Assembly: GCF_963921235.1 (NCBI RefSeq)
Contig: NC_086097.1
Location: 43,588,001 to 43,652,000 of the forward strand
Reading direction: 5' to 3'
Source of the DNA: Mobula hypostoma
Taxonomy: Eukaryota
Length of the DNA: 64,000 nucleotides
Positions 43,361-53,779 of the stretch are shown one piece after another (position 1 is the stretch's first letter; each line of letters begins with the position of its first letter). Under the pieces are notes generated by a model. It had not been told where the DNA came from. It saw only the letters and a list, made by a program, of their open reading frames with translations, and made no database searches. Made by a program: the position numbers and the translations under genes.

Positions 43361-43872
43361 AACAACAGGAATTCTGCAGATGCTGGAAATTCAAGCAACA
43401 CACCTCAAGGTTGCTGGTGAACGCAGCAGGCCAGGCAGCATCTCTGGGAAGAGGTACAGTCGACGTTTCAGGCCGAGACCCTTCGTCAGGACTAACTGAA
43501 GAAGAGCTAGTAAGAGATTTGAAAGTAGGAGGGGGAGAGGGAGATCCAAAATGATAGGAGAAGACAGGAGGGGGAGGGATGTAGCCAAGAGCTGGACAGG
43601 TGATTGGCAAAGGGGATATGAGAGGATCATGGGACAGGATGTCCGGGGAGAAAGACAAAGGCAGGGGGGAACCCAGAGGATGGGCAAGGGGTATAGTCAG
43701 AGGGACAGAGGGAGAAAAAGGTGAGTGAGAGAAAGAATGTGTGTATAAAAATAAATAACAGATGGGGTACGAGGGGGAGGTGGAGCATTAGCAGAAGTTA
43801 GAGAAGTCGATGTTCATGCCATCAGGTTGGAGGCTACCCAGACAGAATATAAGGTGTTGTTCCTCCAACCTG
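43361..43872 (-). mobile_element. Penelope-like element 3' fragment
   Basis: 7-bp TSD agggaca (43354-43360 / 43873-43879); minus strand encodes RLEEQHLIFCLGSLQPDGMNIDF (end of PLE GIY-YIG region) followed by the terminal repeat. Confidence 0.85.
43458..43493 (-). ncRNA. Minimal type I hammerhead ribozyme motif (PLE-associated)
   Basis: AGUC-CUGACGA-AGG[GUCUCGG]CCU-GAA-ACGU-C^GACU: conserved core, 4-bp stem I, 3-bp stem II, palindromic ACGU in place of stem III. Confidence 0.7.
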
Positions 43873-44549
43873 AGGGACAGTCAGCATGGCTTTGTGAAGG
43901 GTAGATCACGTCTAACAAGCCTGATAGAGTTCTTTGAGGTGGTGACCAGGCATATAGATGAGGGTAGTGCAGTGTATGTGATCTACATGGATTTTAGTAA
44001 GGCTTTTGACAAGGTTCCACATGGTAGGCTTATTCAGAAAGTCAGAAGGCATGGGATTCAGGTAAGTTTGACCAGGTGGATTCAGAATTGGCTTGCCTGC
44101 AGAAAGCAGAGGGTCGTGGTGGAGGGACTACATTCAGATTGGAGGGTTGTGACTAGTGCTGTCCCACAAGGACTGGTTCTGGGACCTCTACTTTTCGTGA
44201 TTTTTATTAATGACCTGGATGTGGGGGTAGAAGGGTGGGTTGGCAAGTTTGCAAACGACACAAAGGTTGGTGGTGTTGTGGATAGTGTAGAGGATTGTCA
44301 AAGATTGCAGAGAGACATTGATAGGATGCAGAAGTAGGCTGAGAAGTGGCATCTATGGAGTTCAAACCCGAGAAGTGTGAGGTGGTACACTTTGGAAGGA
44401 CAAACTCCAAGGCAGAGTACAAAGTAAATGGCAGGATACTTGGTAGTGTGGAGGAACAGAGGGATCTGGGGGTAAATGTCCACAGATCCCTGAAAGTTGC
44501 CTCGCAGGTAGATAGGGTAGTTAAGAAAGCTTATGGAGTGTTAGCTTTC

Positions 44550-45186
44550 TTTTTAAATCTTTTTATTAATTTTCAAAATTATAAACTCAATAACAAAGTT
44601 GGTACAAAGAGATTGGAATAATCTTAATCAGCATATACGAAATGGATTTTAAGTAACATAGGTATAAAAGACTTCCAAACTTGAAATTAGTTTGGAAGTC
44701 ATTTGGAAATTAGTTTGGATGAAATTAGTCATTTTAAAAAAAAAGAAAAAATATATAAACAAAAAAAATCCCCAAAAGAGGGAAAAAACCCAAAAAAAGA
44801 GAACAAAACAGGGCTAGACCAATATCTTGTATCAGACACATTCAGTAATGTCATTAACTCCGCTCCTCTAATCATGTAATTTAAGTTTAAAAAAAGATTC
44901 AGAAAGGTCAGATTACAACATATGAAAATGTTGCATAAAAGGTTTCCAAGTTTCTTCAAATTTAACCGAAGGGTCAAAAATATCACTTCTAATTTTTTCA
45001 AAATTTAAACTTAATATAGTTTGAGAAAACCATTGGAATGTAGTTGGAGGATTGATTTCCTTCCAGTTCAACAAAATAGATCTTCTCCCCATTAAAGTAA
45101 CAAATGCTATCATCCGACAGGCTGAAGAAGACAAAGATCTATGTTCTACCATTGGCAATCCAAAAATTGCTGTAATAGGATGGGTT
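44550..45186 (-). mobile_element. 5'-truncated L1 3' fragment inserted in a CR1
   Basis: 14-bp TSD gagtgttagctttc (44536-44549 / 45187-45200); encodes ORF2 C-terminus RRSILLNWK...EKIR...KFEETWKPF; AATAAA plus short A tail. Confidence 0.88.
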
Positions 45187-47614
45187 GAGTGTTAGCTTTC
45201 ATAAGTCGAGGGATAGAGTTTAAGCATCGCAGGGTAATGATGCAGCTCTATAAAACTCTGGTTAGGCCACACTTGGAGTACTGTGTCCAGTTCTGGCCGC
45301 CTCACTATTGGAAGGATGTGGAAGCATTGGAAAGGGTACAGAGGAGATTTACCAGGATGCTGCCTGGTTTAGAGAGTATGCATTATGATCAGAGATTAAG
45401 GGAGCTAGGGCTTTACTCTCTGGAGAAGAGACATAATAGAGGTATACAAGATATTAAGAGAAATAGACAGAGTGGACAGTCAGTGCCTCTTCCCCAGGGC
45501 ACCAATGCTCAATACAAGAGGACATGGCTTTAAGGTAAGGGGTGGGAAGTTCAAGGGGGATATTAGAGGAAGGTTTTTTTACTCAGAGAGTGGTTGGTGC
45601 GTGGACTGCACTGCCTGAGTCAGTGGTGGAGGCAGATACACTAGTGAAATTTAAGAGACCACTAGACAGGTATATGGAGGAATTTAAGGTGGGGAGTTAT
45701 ATGGGAGGCAGGGTTTAAGGGTCCGCGTAACATTGTCAGCCTAAGGGCCTGTACTGTGTTGTACTGTTCTATGTTCTATGTTTTATTTTCAGTAATAGAC
45801 TAAGACAACTGTGTTGCTCAGAAGAATGCCAATGAGGTCATTGTTACTCTTGGCCATTAGGTTCTATAATGGGTCAATCTATAGCTGGGGAAGTGATCTT
45901 GTAACCTTTGACTTGTAAATCTTGTACATATTTTTATTCTTTTCTCACTTTTCTTCTAATATTTGTATATCTGTGCACTTGTAATGCTACTGTGACACTG
46001 TAATTTCCTTTGAGATCAATAAAATATCTATCTAGAGAATCAGCCATTCTAGATTAGGTATTGTACAATGAACTGGAATTGATTAGAGAACTTAAGATAA
46101 AAGAATCCTTGGGGGTAAGTGATCATAGTAAGATTTCACCCTGAATTTTGATAAGGAGAAGCTAAAGTCAGATGTATCAGCATTACAGTGGAGTAAAAGC
46201 AATTACAGAGGCATAAGAGAAAAGTTGGCCAGAAATGATTGGAAAAGAAAACTGGCAGAAATGTCGGCAGAGCAGCAATGGCTGGAATTTCTGGAAGAAA
46301 TTTGGAAGGCAAAAAATAAAGCAGTAGCTGATTGGCAGGAGGCAAAGAGTGGAATTAAAGGGAGCTTTTTCTGGTTGGCTGCCAGTGATTAGTGGTGTTT
46401 CACAGGGGTCTGTGTTGGGGCTGATTCTTTTTACGCTATAGGTCAATGATTTGGATGACGAAATTAATGGCTTTGTTGTAAAGTTTACAGAATGAATTAA
46501 GATAGGTGAAGGAGCAGGTAGTTTTGAGGAAGTAGGGAGGCTACAGAAGGACTCAGACAGGTTAGGAGAATGGGTAAACAAATGGCAGATGGAATACAGT
46601 GTTGGGAAGTGTATGGTCATGTACTTTGTTAGAAGAAATAAAGGGTTGATTATTTTCTAAATGGAGAAAAATACAAAAAAAACTGGGAGGCAAAGGGGAG
46701 TTCTTGTGCTGGATTCCCTAAGGGTTAATTTGCAGGTTGAGTCTGTGGTGAGGAAGTCAAATGCGATGTTAGCATTCATTTCAAGAGGACTAGAACATAA
46801 AAGAAAGAATGTAATGTTGAGACTTTATAAGGCACTGGTGAGGCTTCACTTGGAGCATTTAAAGCAGGTTTGGGCCCCTTATGTTAGAAAGGATGTGCTG
46901 ACACTGGACAGGGTTCAAAGGAGGTTCACGAAAATGATTCCAGGATTAAGTATCTTGTCATATGAAGAACATTTAATGGCTCTGGGCCTGTATTTACTGG
47001 AACTCAGAAGAATGAGAGGTGACCTCATTGAAACCTATGGAATGATGAAAGGCCTTAATAGAATGGATGTGGAGAGGATGCTTCCTATAGTGGGAGCACC
47101 TAAGAACAGAGGACACAGCCTCAGAATAGAGTGGCATCCTTTTTAGAATACAAATGAGGAGGAATTTCTTTAGCCACTGAGTGGTGAATTTGTGGAACTG
47201 ATTGCCACAGGTAGCAGTGGAGGCCAAGCCTTTATGTATATTTATGACAGAGGTTGATAAGATTCTTGATTGGTCAGGGCATGAAGGGATATGGGCAGTG
47301 GTCAATGATTGGGGCTGAGGGGAAAATTGGATCAGCCATGATGTATTGGCAGAGCAGGATTGATGGCCCAAATGGCCTAGTTCTGCTCTTCTATCTTATG
47401 GTCTTTATTATAAAGAAACCAAGCTCCATTTACACTGGCAAAGCACTAAGAAATTACTAAACAAAATACCACATAATTAAAAAGCACAAGAAATTAAATT
47501 TATTAATAACACCAATGACGAAATCATATGCACCAAACTGCTTTGACAAAAAGAATAATCTACCACATTTTGCGGAGTACGCAATTTGTATAACTAACAT
47601 TGGCTATTTTATAC

Positions 47615-47731
47615 CTGTGTTGCTTGATCTTCTACTGCCTTTCGGATCATATGGATATCTTCTATCAAAGGACCATCTGTTTCCATTGCAATTGGATTAT
47701 TCACTCCACTAGGATCGAGTAAAAGCTGATA
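47615..47731 (-). CDS. PPP2R5C: PP2A B56-gamma penultimate coding exon
   Basis: cag|TATCAGCTT...ACACAG|gtat; 117 nt, phase 0/0; YQLLLDPSGVNNPIAMETDGPLIEDIHMIRKAVEDQATQ carries the AMETDGPL.ED motif of B56-gamma; not in the ORF track. Confidence 0.9.
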
Positions 47732-48361
47732 CTGCAAGATAAGATTTAAGCTTCACTTGCATACAAGTTCAAGTTTTACTTAAATAATACATGCAAAAAA
47801 CAAGATAGCTCTATAAGTTAATACAAGCATCCATTACTAGCATGTAAAAGTTTGTGCGGGAATGGAATACAAGTTTTGGGAGGGCAATAAGAAAGGTAAA
47901 CAAAAACAAAAATTACACTCGGGCCTTTTGGATTGACTCAAGAACAAGACTGAACTGAATAAAACTGTTTGAAAACTTAGAATGGCCAATTTCTGCCACT
48001 GCAGAAGAGGGGCAATTTGTCAATATTTCCACTTTCAAAATATATCTGCCATATCTTAATTTGTACATGTGGTTGCATGGCAAGGATAAGACCAAGCTCA
48101 GATGTGATGACCAACATCAAAAAATTCATCCATATTCTTATCTGAATAATAATATTTGGACTAGAGATATTTCATTGAAGTTAACTCCAAGTAAGAAGCT
48201 AATATATTGATAGGAGAGCTACTTAAACACAAGAAGTGGAGCGAGGGTGAATTAAATGAGATTTGGATGCAATGCAAATTACCTGCACTTGGCCCACCCA
48301 ACCCCACTCCCCCAAGAGTCTATGAATCACAGCATTTAAACTCTAAATTGGTAAAATTATT

Positions 48362-49980
48362 CAGTACTGTGCAGAAGTCTGAGATGCATGTAAAGAAAAT
48401 TCTGTAAAGTGAAGGTGCTTTCAAAAATAATGAAATTAAATGTTTCTAAATATCAAAAGAAATTACTATAAAGAGTAGTAAACAATAAAAAAAAACAAAA
48501 CTTGGCGTGACCACTCTTTGCTTTTAAAACTGTATCAATTCTTTTATGTACATTGTTGTGCAGTTTTAAAAGAACCGTTAGCTGTGACACTCATCCATGG
48601 TAGTTTGTTCCAAGCATCTTGGAGAACTTGCCACAGTTCTTCTGTAGATTTCTGCTTTCTCAGTTGCTTCTGTTTCTCCAAGTAATCCCAGACAGCCTTG
48701 ATGATGTTGAGATCAGGACTCTGTGGAGACCATACCATCTGTTGCAAAACTCCTTGTTCCTTTTTTCGCTGAAGATAGTTCTTTATGACCATGGCCATGT
48801 GTTTGGGGTCATGGTCCTGCTGCTGAATGAAGTTAGGACTAATCAGATGCCTCCCTGATGGATGAGAAGCTGCTTCTACTTTTCAGCATTGAGGATTCCA
48901 TTTAATTCTAACTTGATCACCATTTCCATTTGTAGAAATGCAGCCCCAAACCTGCAGAGAACCTCCATTGTGCTTCACTGTTGGCTGTAGACACTCATCC
49001 CTGTAGCACTTGCTGCCATTGTTCAGGTCACTAGCCCTTGAGTTTCTGTGCCTAGGTGAGTCTCTTAGCTTTATTTCCACTTCAGAGGAACTCTTCTATG
49101 AAGACCACTTGTGACAAGACTTCACCGGACTGTAGAGGGATGTACTTGAATTCCAGTGGTTTTCGTGAGTTCAGAGCCAACAGCAGGGCTGGACTTCTTC
49201 CAATTAAGAAGGGATGTCAGTTTGATATATCTCTAGTCAACTGCACTCAGTTTCTGAGGATAACTACTTTGTTTCTGGTCCCCAGCCTTGCCAGTTTCTT
49301 TGCGCCTCTACAGAAGAACTTGGACAGCATATCTTGAAACTCCTAGACATTAGAAAGTCTGCGGATGCTGGAATTCCAAAGCACCACATACAAAATGCCG
49401 GAGGGACTCAGGTATGGCAGCAACTATGGAAATTAATAAACAGTCAATGTTTCGGGTCAAAACCCTTCTTCAGGACTCCTATCTGCCGTGAAATTTCTGC
49501 TTGGGAGAGACCTTGCCAATGCAGGATGACTACCGTGTGTCTTGCTGCCATGTTCACTCTTGCCATAATGTGAGAATTGATGATTAGAAGGTTAACCTGT
49601 CACACCCTCACCTTTTAGCTTGGTTGTACTTCACCCAGTTTGATTCCTCCCACACTATTTTATGTTTCGGTTAATCAATTCAGTTCATTCAATGTACTGA
49701 ACAATCATGAACGTTCATGATCATTAGCACACTGTTTGTTATCTTTGTTTAAACATGCATTGGACTACAATACCTACAGGTGGTCTATTATTTCACATGT
49801 TAGTTTCTTTAGTGAAATACAAAACATTCCATGTAGCATTTAATTTTTTAGAAAACAAATGTTTAGAAATCTAAAATTTGCTCTTTACTACTGACACACT
49901 AATGTAGAAGACAAAAGATAAACATCTAAAACAAAATTAAAAGTAAAAAAAAGTGTGCTTAAGATTTATGTACAGGTCTG
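48362..49980 (-). mobile_element. Degenerate Tc1 transposon
   Basis: Degenerate TIRs cagtactgtgcagaagtct / aagatttatgtacaggtctg; VKHNGGSLQVWGCIS, WSPQSPDLNIIKAVW; contains a short PLE-end insertion flanked by actccta (49339-49345 / 49475-49481). Confidence 0.82.
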
Positions 49981-51381
49981 CACAGCCAGGAAAAAATAAC
50001 TCAAAATAATGGAGCAAAAAGTGCACTTATTTATTGACAATGACCAAAAGTTGATGCAGAAGTTCATCAAAAATAATTCCAAGTTTGATGTTAATATATA
50101 GTTGCCCAGAGTAGAGGAAGAATATTCCTTTCAGAGTACCAACCACAATCTTCTATGGTAATTCTATCAATCCTGGTCAGCCTGAAAAAGCATGATTTAG
50201 GTGATAAAGCAAGCTCTGCTAAATGACATCTCTTACGTAACTAGAACACTCAATGGGCTCAATTCCAATTTGAGTAAAATGATTAGATTTACATAAAAGG
50301 GCATTACACTTTGAAGCAGATTTTCCTTTATTATTTTCATTTGAATTTTACATCTGACTTTCATGTATCATTGGGCAATATAAGCTGTGATCATTAAAAA
50401 CTTCCATTGCTCAACTTCTGTATCCCTACTAAATTAATGATTCCTAAAAGAAAAAAATTGGAGTACCAAAAATTAGAGATTAAAAAGTGGAAATGAAATT
50501 TACTAGGCCTCTAGATACTATGCAACAAACAGTTAATTGGAGCAAGCGTACATGGAAAGAAGAGCAGAGATATGGGAGCATCTGAGCTGTTGGGGATGTG
50601 CAACAAGGTTTTGCTGATTATAAACCACAATGTTGCACTTCTTAAATTAATTCAGAGCAAACAGAGTTACATAGTACAGAAAAAGGCCCTTTGGCATAAC
50701 TCATCCATGCTGATCAAGGTGCCTAACAGAGCAAATCCCTTTTGTCTGCAATTGGCCTATAAACCTCTAAATTCCAGTCACTGAAAACCTATTTACATGT
50801 TTCCTATTATATAAACCAGTCTTCATGCACAGCAGTGGATCTAAGTTACATTTACCCACCAGGTATTGCAAACTATGTGCCTGACCCCTGAATTGAGTCC
50901 AGGTCTTAATGAGGTAATCTAGTCAGAAAGATAAAATTAATCTAAATGACATACCCACACAGTATGTTGGCTATCTTACCTATGAGACTATTTCAGAATG
51001 GTTAGTAACCATAGATGGAGGGACACAGATTAGTAACTTAGTAAGTGCTATATTATCCAATTTCACTCAGAATGTGGAAGTAGCACTAAATATTGTGACC
51101 TGACATATTGTGGATTTCCAAAAATCAATTTGACATTCCAATCTGAACACCAATGAATATCCTTCAGAAAACGCATTTGTCAGATTTGAGAACAATTGCC
51201 AGTTATGCCCAGTCAAATAGCATACTCAAGTCAATCCTTTTGAGTACGCATGTCCCTGAAAAAATCATATGACAACATAAGTAATCAAAACAAGGCAAGT
51301 GTAGAAATTTGATTTGGGTGAGGAATTGCACCTGATAAATGGGTAGTAAGAAATGCAAAGTGGAAGACTTAATAATTGCTG

Positions 51382-51995
51382 CAAACAACAGGAATTCTGC
51401 AGATGCTGGAAATTCAAGCAACACACATCAAAGTTGCTGGTGAACGCAGCAGGCCAAGCAGCATCTATAGGAAGAGGCGCAGTCGACGTTTCAGGCCGAG
51501 ACCCTTCGTCAGGACTAACTGAAGGAAGAGTGAGTAAGGGATTTGAAAGCTGGAGGGGGAGGGGGAGATGCAAAATGATAGGAGAAGACAGGAGGGGGAG
51601 GGATAGAGCCGAGAGCTGGACAGGTGATAGGCAAAAGGGGATACGAGAGGATCATGGGACAGGAGGTCCGGGAAGAAAGGGGGGGGGTGACCCGGAGGAT
51701 GGGCAAGAGGTATATTCAGAGGGACAGAGGGAGAAAAAGGAGAGTGAGAGAAAGAATGTGTGCATAAAAATGAGTAACAGATGGGGTACGAGGGGGAGGT
51801 GGGGCCTAGCGGAAGTTAGAGAAGTCGATGTTCATGCCATCAGGTTGGAGGCTACCCAGACGGAATATAAGGTGTTGTTCCTCCAACCTGAGTGTGGCTT
51901 CATCTTTACAGTAGAGGAGGCCGTGGATAGACATGTCAGAATGGGAATGGGATGTGGAATTAAAATGTGTGGCCACTGGGAGATCCTGCTTTCTC
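51382..51995 (-). mobile_element. Penelope-like element 3' fragment, same subfamily as 43361-43872
   Basis: Highly similar to the 43.4-kb copy; possible tgctg TSD; encodes PLE GIY-YIG C-terminal motif on the minus strand. Confidence 0.85.
51481..51516 (-). ncRNA. Minimal type I hammerhead ribozyme motif (identical second copy)
   Basis: Identical 36-mer to 43458-43493. Confidence 0.7.
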
Positions 51996-53779
51996 TGCTG
52001 TACTGGTTGTGCTCCCGTCTTGGTAAAATCAACTTTCCCAATTCATTTGAATTTATTTTTATTTGGAAATACAGTGCGGAACAGACCCTTCCGCACTACG
52101 CAGCAATCTACCTATTTAACACTAGCCTAATCACAGGGCAATTTACAATGACCAATTAATCTATTAATTGTTAATTGTGGGAAGAAACTGAAGTACCCAA
52201 AGGAAATCCATGTGGTTCACAGGGAGAACGTATAAACTCCTTTCAGATAATGCTGGAATTAATTAAACATACTCTGAAATGCCCCGAGCTGTAATAGCAT
52301 GCTTATCATAGCCATAAGTCATATTTAGGTAGAAGTTTGTTTTATATACTATTTGTACATGTTTAAACTTAGCAGTTGGATTCTCTTTGACAAACTATTA
52401 GATGAAGTGACAATAAGAGTTCCTTTAAAATATATTGTGCTGAGATTTACTCAAAAGTACACCAGTTCAGTGATGTACTTTGGAATAATTTTCAATTCAT
52501 CGAGGTAATAAAATTTAATTGATATGATAGGCTCTGTTGCTGGTCTGAATATTCCAAGTAGATATACCATAGATAAGGAGCAGCGGAAAAGGATCCAGCT
52601 TTTATTCCAGTCTAAATATGAGCAGAAAAATTCTAATGCATTTAGTTTTCCTCCTTTCACACTGGTAATTCCAATGGCCCAGAATTTTCACAAATCATGG
52701 GGATGTTGGTACCATTAGTAAAATCAAAACAAACAGCAAACTCCATCAGTCATTCATTTAGTGCAAAAATATGGAAGCTCCTTCAGAAGTTGCACTCTGT
52801 CAATATTGAATTGAAAAACATGGAACTATGATCTAACCATACTTGCACAATGGATACACCTAAACTATTTTAAAAATAAAGTTTAGAGATACAGCATGGT
52901 AACAAGTTCCTCTGGACCAATGAGCCGTGCTGCCCATTATAGCCACGTGACCAATCCACTAAACAATACATCTTATGAACATGGGAGGAAATTGGAGCAC
53001 CCAGAGAAAGTCCAGTCAGTCACAGTGAGAACGTAGAAATTCCTTACAGACTGCACTGGGATTGAACCAGTGTCACTGGCACTGTATAAGCATTACGGCA
53101 ACTGCTATGTTACTGTGCCACCTGAGAATATTATGTCTGGTCTATTCTAGTGTAAGTACAAGTTTTAATTACTGCCATAAGGCTCTGACAATAAAAACTT
53201 TCTGCAAGCATGAAACCACATTCACTCCTTTATAGAACATAAAGCACAGGAAAGAGCCCTTTGCCGACTACAACGCCAATATAACTAATCCCATTGGCCT
53301 GCTTGTGGTCCGTATCTTTCTGTTCCCCACCTGTTCGTGTATGCGTCCATAGTACAATTTTAGCAGTTCTCTAATTCCCTAGCACTACCATTAGCAAGGG
53401 ATTATTGAAAAATTAAGGTCAGAGCCTTTACATTTCCCACGTTGCTTTCTCTTATAGTGAGAGATACATGTCATTTTAGTCTGGTGACTTATCAGCATTC
53501 AAATATGTCAAACCTCTTAACATTTTCCTCTTGATATGTTAATTCCACTCAAAATTTCACACACACCCTCCCTGACTTCATATTTAGCAGTGTTCATTAA
53601 AGCTTTACCCAGAGCCTCTGCTTCTACAGCAGCTTACTTGTCTGGTCCTTCATACATTCCTTGGCCATTCCCTTGTTCTGAATGTGCTTCCAAAACATAC
53701 TTTGATTTTCTTTGGCAATATATTTTCAAACACTGTTTGCTTAATTTTCCTTTTGACCTTCCACATATGACCTCTGTAA

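Larger units (their letters stand above)
40930..45782 (+). mobile_element. CR1 LINE with near-complete but disrupted ORF2, hosting four insertions
   Basis: YFNARSI, AITETWL, GDFN, GDSDH, KSPGPD, DFSKAFDKVPH, KFAND; (ttctatg)n tail at ~45767-45782. Confidence 0.92.
38880..46033 (+). mobile_element. Degenerate Rex1/Babar-like LINE (EN+RT) interrupted by the CR1 at 40930-45782
   Basis: LPSIIMGNVRSL, LDLLYAN, PPLGRSDHNLV, GAPHGAVLAPFLFTLYT, QKFSDDSAVVG; resumes at ~45786 (FSNRLRQL); ends caataaaaatatctatcta. Confidence 0.72.
38330..47410 (+). mobile_element. Older CR1 split into ~38330-38879 and ~46034-47410
   Basis: Left part EN remnants ending FLECLQDGLLEQLMVELT; right part resumes RESAILD and continues through RT and 3' end (LRLYKALVRLHLE, VQRRFTKMIPG). 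Confidence 0.75.

Noticed and set aside
42841..43554. Chimeric RT fusion protein
   Set aside because: CR1 frame simply runs into the inserted PLE fragment bounded by a TSD
51203..51260. Possible alternative PPP2R5C terminal exon (ttttcag acceptor; VLKRID resembles the short mammalian gamma1 end)
   Set aside because: The VLKRID frame does not fit a phase-0 junction; the phase-0 reading GHAYSKGLT* has no recognisable similarity
51353..52159. 268-aa ORF as a novel gene
   Set aside because: Antisense read-through of a purine-rich PLE fragment into a SINE; no domain motifs
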